From: Alphaproteobacteria bacterium
GTDB lineage: Bacteria; Pseudomonadota; Alphaproteobacteria; Futianiales; Futianiaceae
Direction: 5' to 3'
Length of the DNA: 64,000 nucleotides
Assembly (NCBI GenBank): GCA_965204825.1
Contig: OZ242016.1
Coordinates: 1,249,252-1,313,251, forward strand
Every line of letters begins with the position of its first letter. Position 1 is the first letter of the stretch. Made by a program: the position numbers and the translations under genes. Positions 28,291 through 38,180 of this stretch are shown piece after piece. The notes beneath the pieces are model-generated. The model searched no databases and was not told where the DNA came from. It saw nothing but the letters and a program-made list of their open reading frames with translations.

Positions 28291-30549
28291 ATGGCGGAGA
28301 GTGCATCCACCAGGACCCCGGTTTCGCTGGACGATCTGCTGTCGGCAAATCGGAAACGGTTCGACAGCCTGTTCCAGCACCAGATATCCGGACCTGCGCC
28401 GCGCCGGGCACAAGCCGAACCTGAACCCCGCGACGACACCGATGAAGAGAGCACACTTTCATCCGTCCAAGCGATTCCGGCCGCCGGCGCCGGCGAGAAC
28501 ATCGTTGCCGAACTGAACAAACGTTTCACGATCACCTGGTCCAGCGAGGTTCTGGAACGCCGCGTCGAGAGCGACCGTGCGGTTGTCCTGTGCAAGCTTG
28601 ATGTCGGTGATGACTCCCGCACCGAGTCAGGATCAAGCCGGATCGGTGAGGACGGCGACCAGGACGCCGCCTTTGATCGCGCCCTCGCCCGGGCCCTGAA
28701 AAAATGCGCCGACCAGTTCGGTGAAAACGGCGCTGCCGCATCGATTGAAACCATGACCCCAATCGCACCGCTGAGCCCGGCGGCCGAGGCGCGGCGGAGC
28801 GCCTTGCGGGGAAGACTCCTGGATGTGGTCACCATGGACCGGGTCGAGACGGCATTGATGAATGCCCGGCGGGAGATGGAAACGGTTCTGCGGTATTCGG
28901 CCCTGTCACAAGGCCTGCGCGATCACCACGCCGAGCTTTCGATGATCATGGATTTCCAAGGCAATATGATTGCCGGGCGTTATGGCTCCTATGTGGCGCA
29001 CATGCTGAAGGCGCGGAAGCTGTCATTTGCGCCGGGCGATGTGCTGTTGCAAAGCGATCCCTATATCTCCGGCGGCGCGGTCAGCCATCCCAATGACTGG
29101 TTGGTCCTGATGCCGGTGTTCCATGGCTCTGATCTGGCCGGTTTCACGTCGATGTACGGCCATGTCGCCGATGCAGGCGGCCCGGCGGCCGGCAGCATGC
29201 CGGCCGATGCCGGGTCGGTCTTCGGCGAGGGGCTGCGCATTCCGCCGATCAAAATTCTACAATCCGGCGTCCTGAACGAAAGCGCGCTGCAACTGATCCT
29301 GAACAACAGCAGAACGCCGGAAACCAACCGTGCCGACTTGATGGCGCTGATCGCCGGGTGCCGGGCCGGGTCGGAGCAGGTCATCCGGCTGTGCGATCGG
29401 TTTGGACCGGAGCTCTATCACCGGACCTGTACTGCCCTGCTCGACCGCACCAATCAGGCCATGCGTCGGCTGATCGTCGATACGGTTCCCGAGGAACCAC
29501 AATCTTTCGAGGATCAGGTCGATGATGACGGCCGCGGCAATGGCCCCTTCAAGCTGAAACTGACAGTCTGGCGCGAGGGCGCTCATGCCTATTTCGACTG
29601 GACCGGCAGCTCGGCCCAGGCGCCGGGGCCGGTCAATTTCTATCTGCATGTGGGATTGGCCAAGATGTATGCCGGGCTGTATCTGACACGGGTCTTTGGT
29701 CCGGGCAGCGTTTGCAATGACGGTTTTTACGAGTTGATCCACGTGACCTTGCCCAAGGGTTCGCTGTTAAATCCTGAATTTCCCGCTGCGGTCGGTCGCC
29801 GCGATCATGCCCTGGCGCGGCAATTCGATGTGCTGGGAAATGCGCTGGGCCGGCACCGTCCCGAGGAATTGACTGCGGCCAGTTATGGCACCAGCCCGTC
29901 GTTCCGGTACGCCGGATCTGACTTTCAGATGACCGAAACCCTGTTCGGCGGCTTGCCGGGCCGGGACGGCGGTGATGGCATGGACGGGCATTCCCTGTGG
30001 CCGGACGCGCAAAGCGCGGCAACCGAACAGCTGGAAAGCAATTACCCCGTCATTGTTGAAAAATGCGCCTCTATCCCCGACACCGGCGGCGCCGGGCTGC
30101 ATCGCGGCGGCAACGGCGTAGAGAAGATCTACCGGATGCTGGAAGCGGGAGAAGTTTCGATCCACGATGACCGACATGCCTCGCGCCCCTGGGGTATCCG
30201 GGGCGGAAAGGCCGGCGAAGTGTCGGAAAAATGGATTGCACGCGCTGATGGAACCCGCGAGGCGCTGCCGGCGAAAATCGATGGCCTGGCGGTGCAGGCG
30301 GGCGACCGGATCGTTTTCCGGACCGCCGGCGGCGGAGGCTGCGGCGATCCGCTGGACCGCGATCCGGCGCTGGTGCGGCGCGACGTGGCACGCGGATTTC
30401 TGACGGTGGAACAAGCTGGCGCGGCCTATGGCGTCATCCTGTCGGGCGCGCGCCTGGAAATCGATCCGCGGGCGACCCGGGAATTGCGCGAGGGGGTGAA
30501 GCGCGAGCGGAAACCTTTGGAATTGTTTGACTATGGCGATCCGGTTTAG
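28291..30549 (+). CDS. hyuB: hydantoinase/oxoprolinase subunit B (HyuB-like) with a ~165-aa N-terminal extension, copy 1
   Basis: The core from ~residue 170 (MDRVETALMNARREMETVLRYSA...DPYISGGAVSHPNDWLVLMPVF...GLRIPPIKI) matches HyuB and the paralog at 44585. Residues 1-165 are acidic and low-complexity, plus a short globular-looking segment with no HyuB counterpart. Confidence 0.85.
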   Translation: MAESASTRTPVSLDDLLSANRKRFDSLFQHQISGPAPRRAQAEPEPRDDTDEESTLSSVQAIPAAGAGENIVAELNKRFTITWSSEVLERRVESDRAVVLCKLDVGDDSRTESGSSRIGEDGDQDAAFDRALARALKKCADQFGENGAAASIETMTPIAPLSPAAEARRSALRGRLLDVVTMDRVETALMNARREMETVLRYSALSQGLRDHHAELSMIMDFQGNMIAGRYGSYVAHMLKARKLSFAPGDVLLQSDPYISGGAVSHPNDWLVLMPVFHGSDLAGFTSMYGHVADAGGPAAGSMPADAGSVFGEGLRIPPIKILQSGVLNESALQLILNNSRTPETNRADLMALIAGCRAGSEQVIRLCDRFGPELYHRTCTALLDRTNQAMRRLIVDTVPEEPQSFEDQVDDDGRGNGPFKLKLTVWREGAHAYFDWTGSSAQAPGPVNFYLHVGLAKMYAGLYLTRVFGPGSVCNDGFYELIHVTLPKGSLLNPEFPAAVGRRDHALARQFDVLGNALGRHRPEELTAASYGTSPSFRYAGSDFQMTETLFGGLPGRDGGDGMDGHSLWPDAQSAATEQLESNYPVIVEKCASIPDTGGAGLHRGGNGVEKIYRMLEAGEVSIHDDRHASRPWGIRGGKAGEVSEKWIARADGTREALPAKIDGLAVQAGDRIVFRTAGGGGCGDPLDRDPALVRRDVARGFLTVEQAGAAYGVILSGARLEIDPRATRELREGVKRERKPLELFDYGDPV

Positions 30550-30592
30550 GGTCACAACAAAGAATGAAGATACAGGGACAGGTATAGGAACG

Positions 30593-33409
30593 ATGCTGGA
30601 AATCTGGATTGGGCTTGTCTTCACGGTGATCGTCATCATCGCCGTCTTCTACGTGATTTCAATCTGGGTCTATAAACGGGCCCCGGCGAATATGGGCTTC
30701 ATTCGAACTGGCTTCATGGGGACCAAGGTGTGCCTGGGCCGCGGTGCCATGGTACTGCCGGTGTTCCACGAGGTGTCGTGGATTTCGCTGGAGACCCTGA
30801 AGCTGATCGTCAACCGCTCGCGCGAGCAGGCGGTGCTGACTGCCGACAAGATCCGAATCGACGTGGTGACCGAGCTCTATACCCATGTGGGCCGGACCGA
30901 AGATGACTTGCTGACCGCCAGCAGGTCCCTGGGCGAGAAAACCTTCGAGGCTGACCAGGTCCGTAATCTGCTGGAAGCCAAGGTCATCGGCGCCCTGCGC
31001 AGCTATGCCGCCACCAAGACCCTGACCGAACTGCACGAAAACCGCGACGCCTTCGCCCAGGCGATCAAGGAAGCGGTACTTGAAAGTTTCCGGTCCAATG
31101 GTCTGGAACTGGAGGAAGTCACGATTGTCACCCTGGAACAGGCCGGCAAGGAGTTTTTCAATTCCAACAACATCTTCGATGCCGAGGGTCTGAAAATCAT
31201 CACCGACATCACCTCGGATGCCAAGCGCAAGGTGCACGACACGGAAAAGCGGACCACCGTCGCTATCCGCCAGAAGGATTTGGACACCCAATTGGAGTTG
31301 CTCGAGATCGAGCGGAAAGAGGCTTTTGCCCAAGCCGCCCAGGACAAGGACGTGGCCAACGAGCAGGCCCTGCAACTGGGCGAAAAGCAGGTCTTCCTGC
31401 TTGACCGTCGCAAGGCGGTTGAGGAGCGCGAGATCGCCAACGAGGTCGAGCTGGAACGCCAGCGCACCGATCGCGAACTGGCTGTCACCGAGGAAGCCAA
31501 GAAGCGCGAGCAGGCGGAAATACAGCGCATGCTGGCCCTGGAACAGGAACAGCGCGACAAGGAGATCGCCCTGATCGAAAAGGCCAAGGAAGAGGAACTG
31601 GCCAATATCGAACGCAACCTGTCGCTGGAACAGGCGGAAAAAGACCGGCAGATTGCCTTGATCGAAAAGGCCAAGCAGGAAGAGTTGGCCGAGATCGACC
31701 GCAGTCTTTCCCGCGAACGTGCCGAAAAGGTCCGGTCCATCGAGCTGGCGGCCAGCGAGCGTGAGCGCAAGGAAACCGAGATCGCCCTGGAGACCGAGAT
31801 TCAAAAAGCCGAGGAAGCCGCCCGTGATGCGCGTCATCAGGTGTCGGAGGAGATCGCGATCAAGATCCGCCAGCGCACGCTGGAGACCCGGAAAGAAACC
31901 TTGAACATTGATCAGGACGAGGCGATTGCCGTCGCCCTGCAGGAAAAGACGGTGTCGGAGGAGAAAGCCAAGGCACTGTCGGAGAAACAGCGCAACCTGC
32001 TGGAACGCCGCCTGGAGGTCGAACGCGAGGAGATCGCCAAGGATAAAGCCATCGAGGAAGCACAGATCCGGAAAGAAGCCGAGCTCATCGACATCTCCAA
32101 GGCCCGCGAAGCCGCCGAAATCCGCAAGCAATTGGCCCGCGAGGCTGAGGAACGCGACCGCGATATCGCCCTGGTCGGCAAGGCCGAGGAACTGGAACGG
32201 GCCGAGATCCGCCGCCAACTGGCGCGTGAGGCCGAGGAGCGCGACCGCGAGATCGCCCTGGTCGGCAAGGAGGAGGAATTGCGCAAGGCCGAGGTTCAGC
32301 AGCGCGCAACGATCGAGCTGGAACAGAAGGACAGAGAAATCCGGGTCATCGCCAAGGAGCAGGAACGTGAAAAGGCCGATATCCAGCGCTTCCTGGCCCG
32401 CGAGACCGAGGAACGCGAGCGCGAGATCATCCTGGTCAAAAAGACCCGCGAGCTTGAAGAGGCCGAAATCGACCGTCTGCGGATCACCGCCGAAAAGGCC
32501 AAGGCCGAACACGAAACCGGCGCCGTCCGGATCATCGCCGATGCCGAACAGGAAAAGGCGGTGGAACTGATCCGCGCCGAACAGGCCGCCGACGCCTCGC
32601 GCATTGCCGAAAAGACCCAGGCCGAGATCGCCTCAATGCACCTGGTCAGTGAGGCCGAGGCACGCAAGAATTCCGCCGCGCAGGATTCTGATGCCATCCT
32701 GGTCCGAGCCAGGGCCAACAGCGAGGCTCGGAAGATCTCTGCCAGCGGCATTCAGGAAGAAGCCGCCGCGCGCGGCCGGGCCGAGGCGGAAGTGGAAAGC
32801 CTGCGTGTGGAAAACACGCAAGCCATGCTGGAGGCCGAAGCCACGGGCATGGAGGCCAAGGCAACCGCGTTGAAGAAATACAATGATGCGGCAATGTTCC
32901 TGGAACTGTCCAAACTGCATATCGAGGCCGAGCGCGACGTTCACATCGACCAGGCCAAGGCCATGGGCAACGCCCTGGCGGGAGCTCAGATCCGCATGTA
33001 TGGCGGCGGCGACGGCACGGTCGACACGATCCGCGACATGTTTACGTCGGGCTTCTCGATGGGCGAAGTTCTGGAGGGCGTGGCCCAGTCCCTGCCCGCC
33101 GGCCTGCGCGACCGGTTCGCCAGCAACGGTATTCGCGGCATCTTCGGCAAACCCGGCCGCACCGGCCAGTTCCAGGAAATGGCCGGCCAGCTGGCGCAAT
33201 TGGTGCGCGATAATTTCGGCAACAAGAAATCGCGCGAGATCCCCTTCGGCGAGGCCATGGCGGTGCTGGAAAACAAGGCTGGCGACAACGAGGTCCAGGT
33301 TCAGGCCCTGAACCTCCTGAAAACTGCCAATGAAGACGGCGTCTTCAACGAGGTACCGTTCGACACGGTCTGGTCGCTGTTGCAGGCCACCGCCAAGGCG
33401 GCGGAATAG
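30593..33409 (+). CDS. flotillin-like SPFH/band-7 protein (YqiK-like) with a greatly expanded coiled-coil repeat region (~940 aa)
   Basis: An N-terminal TM helix is followed by an SPFH domain (FIRTGFMGTKVCLGRGAMVLPVFHEV...), then by EA-rich heptad repeats that include near-identical ~29-aa units. The C-terminus is flotillin-type. The gene follows hyuB1 on the same strand. Confidence 0.75.
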   Translation: MLEIWIGLVFTVIVIIAVFYVISIWVYKRAPANMGFIRTGFMGTKVCLGRGAMVLPVFHEVSWISLETLKLIVNRSREQAVLTADKIRIDVVTELYTHVGRTEDDLLTASRSLGEKTFEADQVRNLLEAKVIGALRSYAATKTLTELHENRDAFAQAIKEAVLESFRSNGLELEEVTIVTLEQAGKEFFNSNNIFDAEGLKIITDITSDAKRKVHDTEKRTTVAIRQKDLDTQLELLEIERKEAFAQAAQDKDVANEQALQLGEKQVFLLDRRKAVEEREIANEVELERQRTDRELAVTEEAKKREQAEIQRMLALEQEQRDKEIALIEKAKEEELANIERNLSLEQAEKDRQIALIEKAKQEELAEIDRSLSRERAEKVRSIELAASERERKETEIALETEIQKAEEAARDARHQVSEEIAIKIRQRTLETRKETLNIDQDEAIAVALQEKTVSEEKAKALSEKQRNLLERRLEVEREEIAKDKAIEEAQIRKEAELIDISKAREAAEIRKQLAREAEERDRDIALVGKAEELERAEIRRQLAREAEERDREIALVGKEEELRKAEVQQRATIELEQKDREIRVIAKEQEREKADIQRFLARETEEREREIILVKKTRELEEAEIDRLRITAEKAKAEHETGAVRIIADAEQEKAVELIRAEQAADASRIAEKTQAEIASMHLVSEAEARKNSAAQDSDAILVRARANSEARKISASGIQEEAAARGRAEAEVESLRVENTQAMLEAEATGMEAKATALKKYNDAAMFLELSKLHIEAERDVHIDQAKAMGNALAGAQIRMYGGGDGTVDTIRDMFTSGFSMGEVLEGVAQSLPAGLRDRFASNGIRGIFGKPGRTGQFQEMAGQLAQLVRDNFGNKKSREIPFGEAMAVLENKAGDNEVQVQALNLLKTANEDGVFNEVPFDTVWSLLQATAKAAE
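32140..32320 (+). repeat. tandem ~87-bp coding repeats (RQLAREAEERDR[D/E]IALVGK[A/E]EEL[E/R][R/K]AE[I/V]) inside the flotillin gene
   Basis: Direct nucleotide repeats (gcccgcgaggctgaggaacgcgaccgcgatatcgccctggtcggcaaggccgaggaactgga...) occur twice in tandem. A third degenerate copy lies at ~32390 and another repeat pair at ~31560-31740. Confidence 0.5.
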
Positions 33410-33431
33410 CGTTCAGGGAAAGGAACGCGCG

Positions 33432-34538
33432 ATGGCAGATTACGACGTCGTTCTGGAAGGCGTCGACAAGACCTATCCCGACGGGGTGCGCGCGGTCATC
33501 GATTTCAATGCCGAAATCGAACACGGCGAATTCGTTGCCATGCTGGGACCCTCGGGTTGCGGCAAGACCACCACCCTGCGTATGATCGGCGGCCTGGAGG
33601 AGGTCACCGCCGGCAAGATTTTCATCAAGAACGAAGACGTGACGGACCTGCCGCCGTCACGGCGCGACACCTCGATGATGTTTCAGAGCTTTGCTCTTTT
33701 TCCCCACCGCAACGTTTTTCAGAACGTGGAATTTTCCCTGAAAATGCAGGGCATGGGCAAGGATGTCCGGGCACCCAAGGTCTGGGAAATGATCGAGATG
33801 GTCGGGCTGAAGGAATTCGCCACGCGCCGGCCCAGCGATCTTTCCGGCGGCCAGCAACAGCGTGTTGCCCTGGCCCGTGCCCTGATCTCCAACCCGACCC
33901 TGTTGCTGCTGGACGAACCGCTGGGCGCGCTCGACTATTCCCTGCGCCAGACCATGATGTTCGAGCTCAAACGCATCCAGCGCGATCTCGGCCTGACATT
34001 CATCATGGTCACCCATTCCCAGCAGGAAGCCATGGCCATGGCCGACAAGGTCATCGTCATGTCGGATGCGCTGATCCAGCAGACCGGCACCTCGCGCCAG
34101 ATCGCCGAGGCGCCGCGCACCAGATTTGTCGCCGAGTTCATCGGCAACAACAATCTGTTCAGCGGCGTCGTCAAATCCCGCAGCGGCTCGATCGTTTTCG
34201 TCGAGTCGGGAGAAAATTTCTTTTACGTCAAGGTGCCGGACGATCATCGCCAGATCGACGTCGGCGCTTCGGTCACCTTCTCGGTCCGCGCCGACCTGAT
34301 GCATGCCGGTGATCACCCCGACATGGGCAACAGTATCGAGGGCACCTTCTTCAACACCGAATATCTGGGCACCCTGGAAACCGATGTCTTCGAGATCGCG
34401 CCGGGCCAATACGTTTCGGTCGAACAGCACCGCAAGATCTCGGACCGCGAACGCACCCCGGGCGAAAAGCAGATCATCAGTTGGGGTGCAGAGGCGGGGA
34501 TATTGCTGGAAGAGGCAGGAAGTCGGCAAAACGCGTAA
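33432..34538 (+). CDS. ABC transporter ATP-binding protein, PotA/spermidine-putrescine-type with a C-terminal TOBE domain
   Basis: It has Walker A GPSGCGKTT, the signature LSGGQQQRVALARAL, Walker B LLLLDEPLGALD and a C-terminal regulatory beta-domain. Confidence 0.85.
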   Translation: MADYDVVLEGVDKTYPDGVRAVIDFNAEIEHGEFVAMLGPSGCGKTTTLRMIGGLEEVTAGKIFIKNEDVTDLPPSRRDTSMMFQSFALFPHRNVFQNVEFSLKMQGMGKDVRAPKVWEMIEMVGLKEFATRRPSDLSGGQQQRVALARALISNPTLLLLDEPLGALDYSLRQTMMFELKRIQRDLGLTFIMVTHSQQEAMAMADKVIVMSDALIQQTGTSRQIAEAPRTRFVAEFIGNNNLFSGVVKSRSGSIVFVESGENFFYVKVPDDHRQIDVGASVTFSVRADLMHAGDHPDMGNSIEGTFFNTEYLGTLETDVFEIAPGQYVSVEQHRKISDRERTPGEKQIISWGAEAGILLEEAGSRQNA

Positions 34539-34620
34539 GAAGGATCAAGCGCAGCGCGACCCACCGAGGGCACGTCAATTATACCGCTGCAACGGCAGGT
34601 CGCCAGTTGGTTGACCCGCC

Positions 34621-35448
34621 CTACTGCGACCTTCGGAACAGGATCGTATAGATCGCCAGGAACGTCCCGATCATCAGCAGCGAAAACAATGTCGAGACCG
34701 TGCCGAGGGCAAACAGCGTCGGCCGGATACGCTGGGTCATCGAGGCATTGATGTCGAGCGGCAGCGTGTTGAATTCACCGGCCAGCAGCGTGGTGCGGGC
34801 AAATTCGTCATAGGAGAGCGTGAAGCCGAACAGGCCGGCGGCGACAATGCCCGGCAGGATCAGGGGGAAGGTGACCTCCTTGAACACCTTCCATTCGCTG
34901 GCGCCCATGTCGCGGGCCGCCTCCTCCAGCCGGGCATCGAAACGATTGAAGACCGCCATCATCACCAGATAGCCGAACGGCAGAGCCCAGACGACGTGCA
35001 CCGCCAGGGCCGAGGTATACCAGGACGGCGACAGGCCCAGCTGACGCATCAGGATGGCCAGCCCCAGGCTGAGCAGAACGCCCGGGATCATCAGGCCGGA
35101 CAGGATGGTGTAGAACAGCACGTTGGAAAACCGGAACTTCTTGCGAAACGCCATGGCCAGCATGGTTGAAAACAGGGCCGTAATCACCATCACCATCAGG
35201 GCCAGCATGATCGACCGGCCCATGGCGCCCTGCAGATCGCCGACCACCGAAGGCTCGATCAGCTTGTTCCACCAATAAAGGCTCCACCCACGCATGGGAA
35301 AGCTGGTGCCGCCGCGCCGGCCCTGGAAGGACAGGATGAACATGGCGATCATCGGTCCATAGATGAACAGCAGGAAGATGATGTAATAGATGCTGAAGCC
35401 GGTCTTCACCCGCAGCTTGCGACGCCGTTCCGGGGTCCAGCGGACCAT
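34621..35448 (-). CDS. ABC transporter permease (PotC-like)
   Basis: It has 6 TM helices and the binding-protein-dependent permease EAA motif region (EAARDMGASEWKVFKEVTFPLILPG). Confidence 0.85.
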   Translation of the reverse strand: MVRWTPERRRKLRVKTGFSIYYIIFLLFIYGPMIAMFILSFQGRRGGTSFPMRGWSLYWWNKLIEPSVVGDLQGAMGRSIMLALMVMVITALFSTMLAMAFRKKFRFSNVLFYTILSGLMIPGVLLSLGLAILMRQLGLSPSWYTSALAVHVVWALPFGYLVMMAVFNRFDARLEEAARDMGASEWKVFKEVTFPLILPGIVAAGLFGFTLSYDEFARTTLLAGEFNTLPLDINASMTQRIRPTLFALGTVSTLFSLLMIGTFLAIYTILFRRSQ

Positions 35449-35646
35449 CTATGCCGTACCTCTGAAGGGTGTTGATGGTTTGATGTTGCCGTCAATTGTT
35501 CTCGAATTTCCCGGACGGAGCGGCGTCAGCCGCGCAGAGCCGGGAAATTCTGGAGGATCGATAGGGTGAAAAGATACCTTGGGATACTGCCCTGTATCCC
35601 GGATCAAGTCCGGGATGACGGTTGAATTTAAACTCCTCGCCAAAAC

Positions 35647-36627
35647 CTACAGCTCCTTCCGGATATCAATCAGGCGCAGGATGATGATGATGCCGACGAC
35701 CATGGCCAGCATCAGCATCAGCGCGTTGACCGCGGCGAACGGGTAGTTCGCAATGCCGTAATAGTTCAGGATCACGGTGCCCGCCGTGCTGGTCTTGCCG
35801 CCATAGACGACCACGGCGGTGGCAAATTCGCCCATCAGCATGACGAAAATGAAGATCATGCCGATGGCAACGCCGGGCAGGGACATCGGCATGATGATTT
35901 CACGGAAGATCTGGAACGGGGTGGCGCCCATGTCGATGGCCGCCTCGATAATCGACTTATCGATCTTGGCCAGCGAGAAGAAGATCGGCCCGATGGACAG
36001 CACCACATAGATCTGGACCAGGGCCAGGACATAACCGAACTCGGAATAAAACAGGAAGGTCGCCGGCTTGTCGATGACCCCCATGCCCATCAGGGCCTGG
36101 TTGATAAGCCCCTTGCGTCCCAGCATCGGCAGCCACGCAACCGCCCGGATCAGATAGCTGGTCCAGAACGGCACCATGCACAGCAGGAAGAGGGACAACT
36201 GCCATTTGAAGGCCTGGACCTGCATGGCCAGGAAATAGGCGATCGGATAACCGATGATCAGGCACAGCACCATGACAACCAGTGTGTAATAGATCGTTGA
36301 TCCCAGGGTCCGGATGAAGATGCTCGGCAGCAGGAAGCGTTTGGCTTCGGGATCGAAAAATCCCTCGGTAAAGAAATACTCGCCATAATATTGCAGCGTC
36401 AGATCGGGCACCATGCCCTGCGGCGTCAACGTCCAGAAACTGAAGACAATGATCGAGGCCAGCGGAACGACCAGAAAGACGACCAGCCACAGGGTCGCCG
36501 GGGCAATCAGCCAGCCGGTGGCAAAGCCTTCCTCCGGCCGGACGATCCTGGCGCGAACCGCCACCTCGTCAGGTTTGGGCTGCGCGCCGATCAATCCTGG
36601 ATGCTGGCTGTGACTGATATCGGTCAT
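35647..36627 (-). CDS. ABC transporter permease (PotB-like)
   Basis: It has 6 TM helices and the motif IEAAIDMGATPFQIFREIIMPMSLPG. Confidence 0.85.
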   Translation of the reverse strand: MTDISHSQHPGLIGAQPKPDEVAVRARIVRPEEGFATGWLIAPATLWLVVFLVVPLASIIVFSFWTLTPQGMVPDLTLQYYGEYFFTEGFFDPEAKRFLLPSIFIRTLGSTIYYTLVVMVLCLIIGYPIAYFLAMQVQAFKWQLSLFLLCMVPFWTSYLIRAVAWLPMLGRKGLINQALMGMGVIDKPATFLFYSEFGYVLALVQIYVVLSIGPIFFSLAKIDKSIIEAAIDMGATPFQIFREIIMPMSLPGVAIGMIFIFVMLMGEFATAVVVYGGKTSTAGTVILNYYGIANYPFAAVNALMLMLAMVVGIIIILRLIDIRKEL

Positions 36628-36729
36628 GCGGCTTTCAGGGTATCAAATGTCGAGGCCGGCATGACTTACGCCACACCGGCCTCGGCAGTTTTCCATATGA
36701 TCCCGACATGGAAACCACTTCATCCGGCC

Positions 36730-38004
36730 CTAGGCGTTGAGGAACTCGGTCCAGCGCTTCACCAGATAATCGTTCTCGCTCATGATCGAATTCCACACGG
36801 CGATCTTCTTGAAGCGCTGCTCGTATGAGCCGCCATCGCGGATCGTGCCTTTTTCAACCAGGGGCGAACCGAACGGATCCGGCAATTCCTCGGCCGCCGG
36901 CTTGCCCTCATACCAGTAATCCCATTCGATCGGCGGCAGGGCTATCCTGGTGTTTGCCGGGGTCGACATGTAGTAACCCTGACGGGCCACAAACGCGCCG
37001 GCCCAGCCGCTGAGCCACCAGTTGATATACTCATAAGCCTGATCCAGCCTGGCGCCTTGGGTCCTGGCGGAAATCGCCAGCGCGCCGTGCCAGCCACGCA
37101 TGCCTTCCTTGGGCGAGGCATAGATGCACGGAACACCCTCGGCATTAACCGCGGTGACGGCCGGCGACCACATGGATTGCACGGCAACCTCGCCGCTGAC
37201 CATCAGGTTGACCGACTGGCCGAAGGTTTCCCAGAACGCCCGGAAATGACCGGCTTCTTTCTTCGTGATCAGGAAGTCGACCAGGAAGTCGATCTCCTCG
37301 CGGGTCATGTCACCCTTGTCGCCGAAGGTCTTCAGGCCCAGGGCCTCAACCCCCATGGCTGCATCCATCACACCGATTTGGGGCACGTTGATCAGGGCGA
37401 CCCTGCCCTGGAAATCCTCGCTGAACATTTCCGCCCAGCTTTCAATCTCGCGGCCCGTATCGTCCGGATTGTAGCCAAGCGAGTCCGCATTGTGCCAACC
37501 CGGCACCGCTGAGATATAGCGTGAGGGACCGTCCGTTGGCTTGCCGTTTTCATCGACCCACAGCTTGGTCACCGGGGCGTCGCCCTGGCCGACGGTCGAA
37601 CCTTCCGTCAGCTTGCCGGTCTTGGTCAGATTGGACACCTTGTCCCAATCCTTGATCCGCTGGGTATCGACCGGCTGGAATACACCGGCGGGCAGCATGA
37701 CGTCGAACATGTCGAAATAACATTCCGACACTTCATATTCGTTGTTCTGGTTCAGTGTCTTGCCGAACAGGGCGCCATATCCCAGCGCCTGGCCGCGAAC
37801 ACCGAAGCCCAGATCCCCGGCCGCCTTGCTTTGAATTTCGTTGATGATGCTGACGCCCAGGCCGATCGACCGGATCGGATCGGCGGCGTGAACGATATTG
37901 GGGAAACTGATTATTGAACTGGCGGCAGCGGCGCCTGCCGCTCCCCCTACGAACTTCCGGCGCGACACACCCTTGCCGGGGACCCTGAATTTGCCTTTAG
38001 CCAT
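36730..38004 (-). CDS. periplasmic substrate-binding protein (PotD/PotF-type family 1) with a Tat-like signal
   Basis: The N-terminal signal SRRKFVGGAAGAAAASS is twin-arginine-like, and the length and family fit PotD/PotF. It is first in a minus-strand operon with the two permeases. Confidence 0.85.
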   Translation of the reverse strand: MAKGKFRVPGKGVSRRKFVGGAAGAAAASSIISFPNIVHAADPIRSIGLGVSIINEIQSKAAGDLGFGVRGQALGYGALFGKTLNQNNEYEVSECYFDMFDVMLPAGVFQPVDTQRIKDWDKVSNLTKTGKLTEGSTVGQGDAPVTKLWVDENGKPTDGPSRYISAVPGWHNADSLGYNPDDTGREIESWAEMFSEDFQGRVALINVPQIGVMDAAMGVEALGLKTFGDKGDMTREEIDFLVDFLITKKEAGHFRAFWETFGQSVNLMVSGEVAVQSMWSPAVTAVNAEGVPCIYASPKEGMRGWHGALAISARTQGARLDQAYEYINWWLSGWAGAFVARQGYYMSTPANTRIALPPIEWDYWYEGKPAAEELPDPFGSPLVEKGTIRDGGSYEQRFKKIAVWNSIMSENDYLVKRWTEFLNA

Positions 38005-38180
38005 CTTTGTGCTCCCTCTAAGCGGATCGGAATTATTCCGATCTCCCTGCGAACGACCTCGGGCATCCGCAATTTTCGAGACAAGCGCCGCCGCTTTATG
38101 TTTTCCTGCGGCATGCAGCCGGTCAGTCGACAGCTTAGAGGCAAATTCGGAGACACCGCAAGGATTAGGGGAGGGCTCCT

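Noticed and set aside
30659-32512. 617-aa minus-strand ORF and several 100-250-aa ORFs in both strands across 30.6-33.2 kb
   Set aside because: They are antisense or alternative frames of the repetitive flotillin gene. The low-complexity L/G/D-rich translation is an artefact of the coding repeats.
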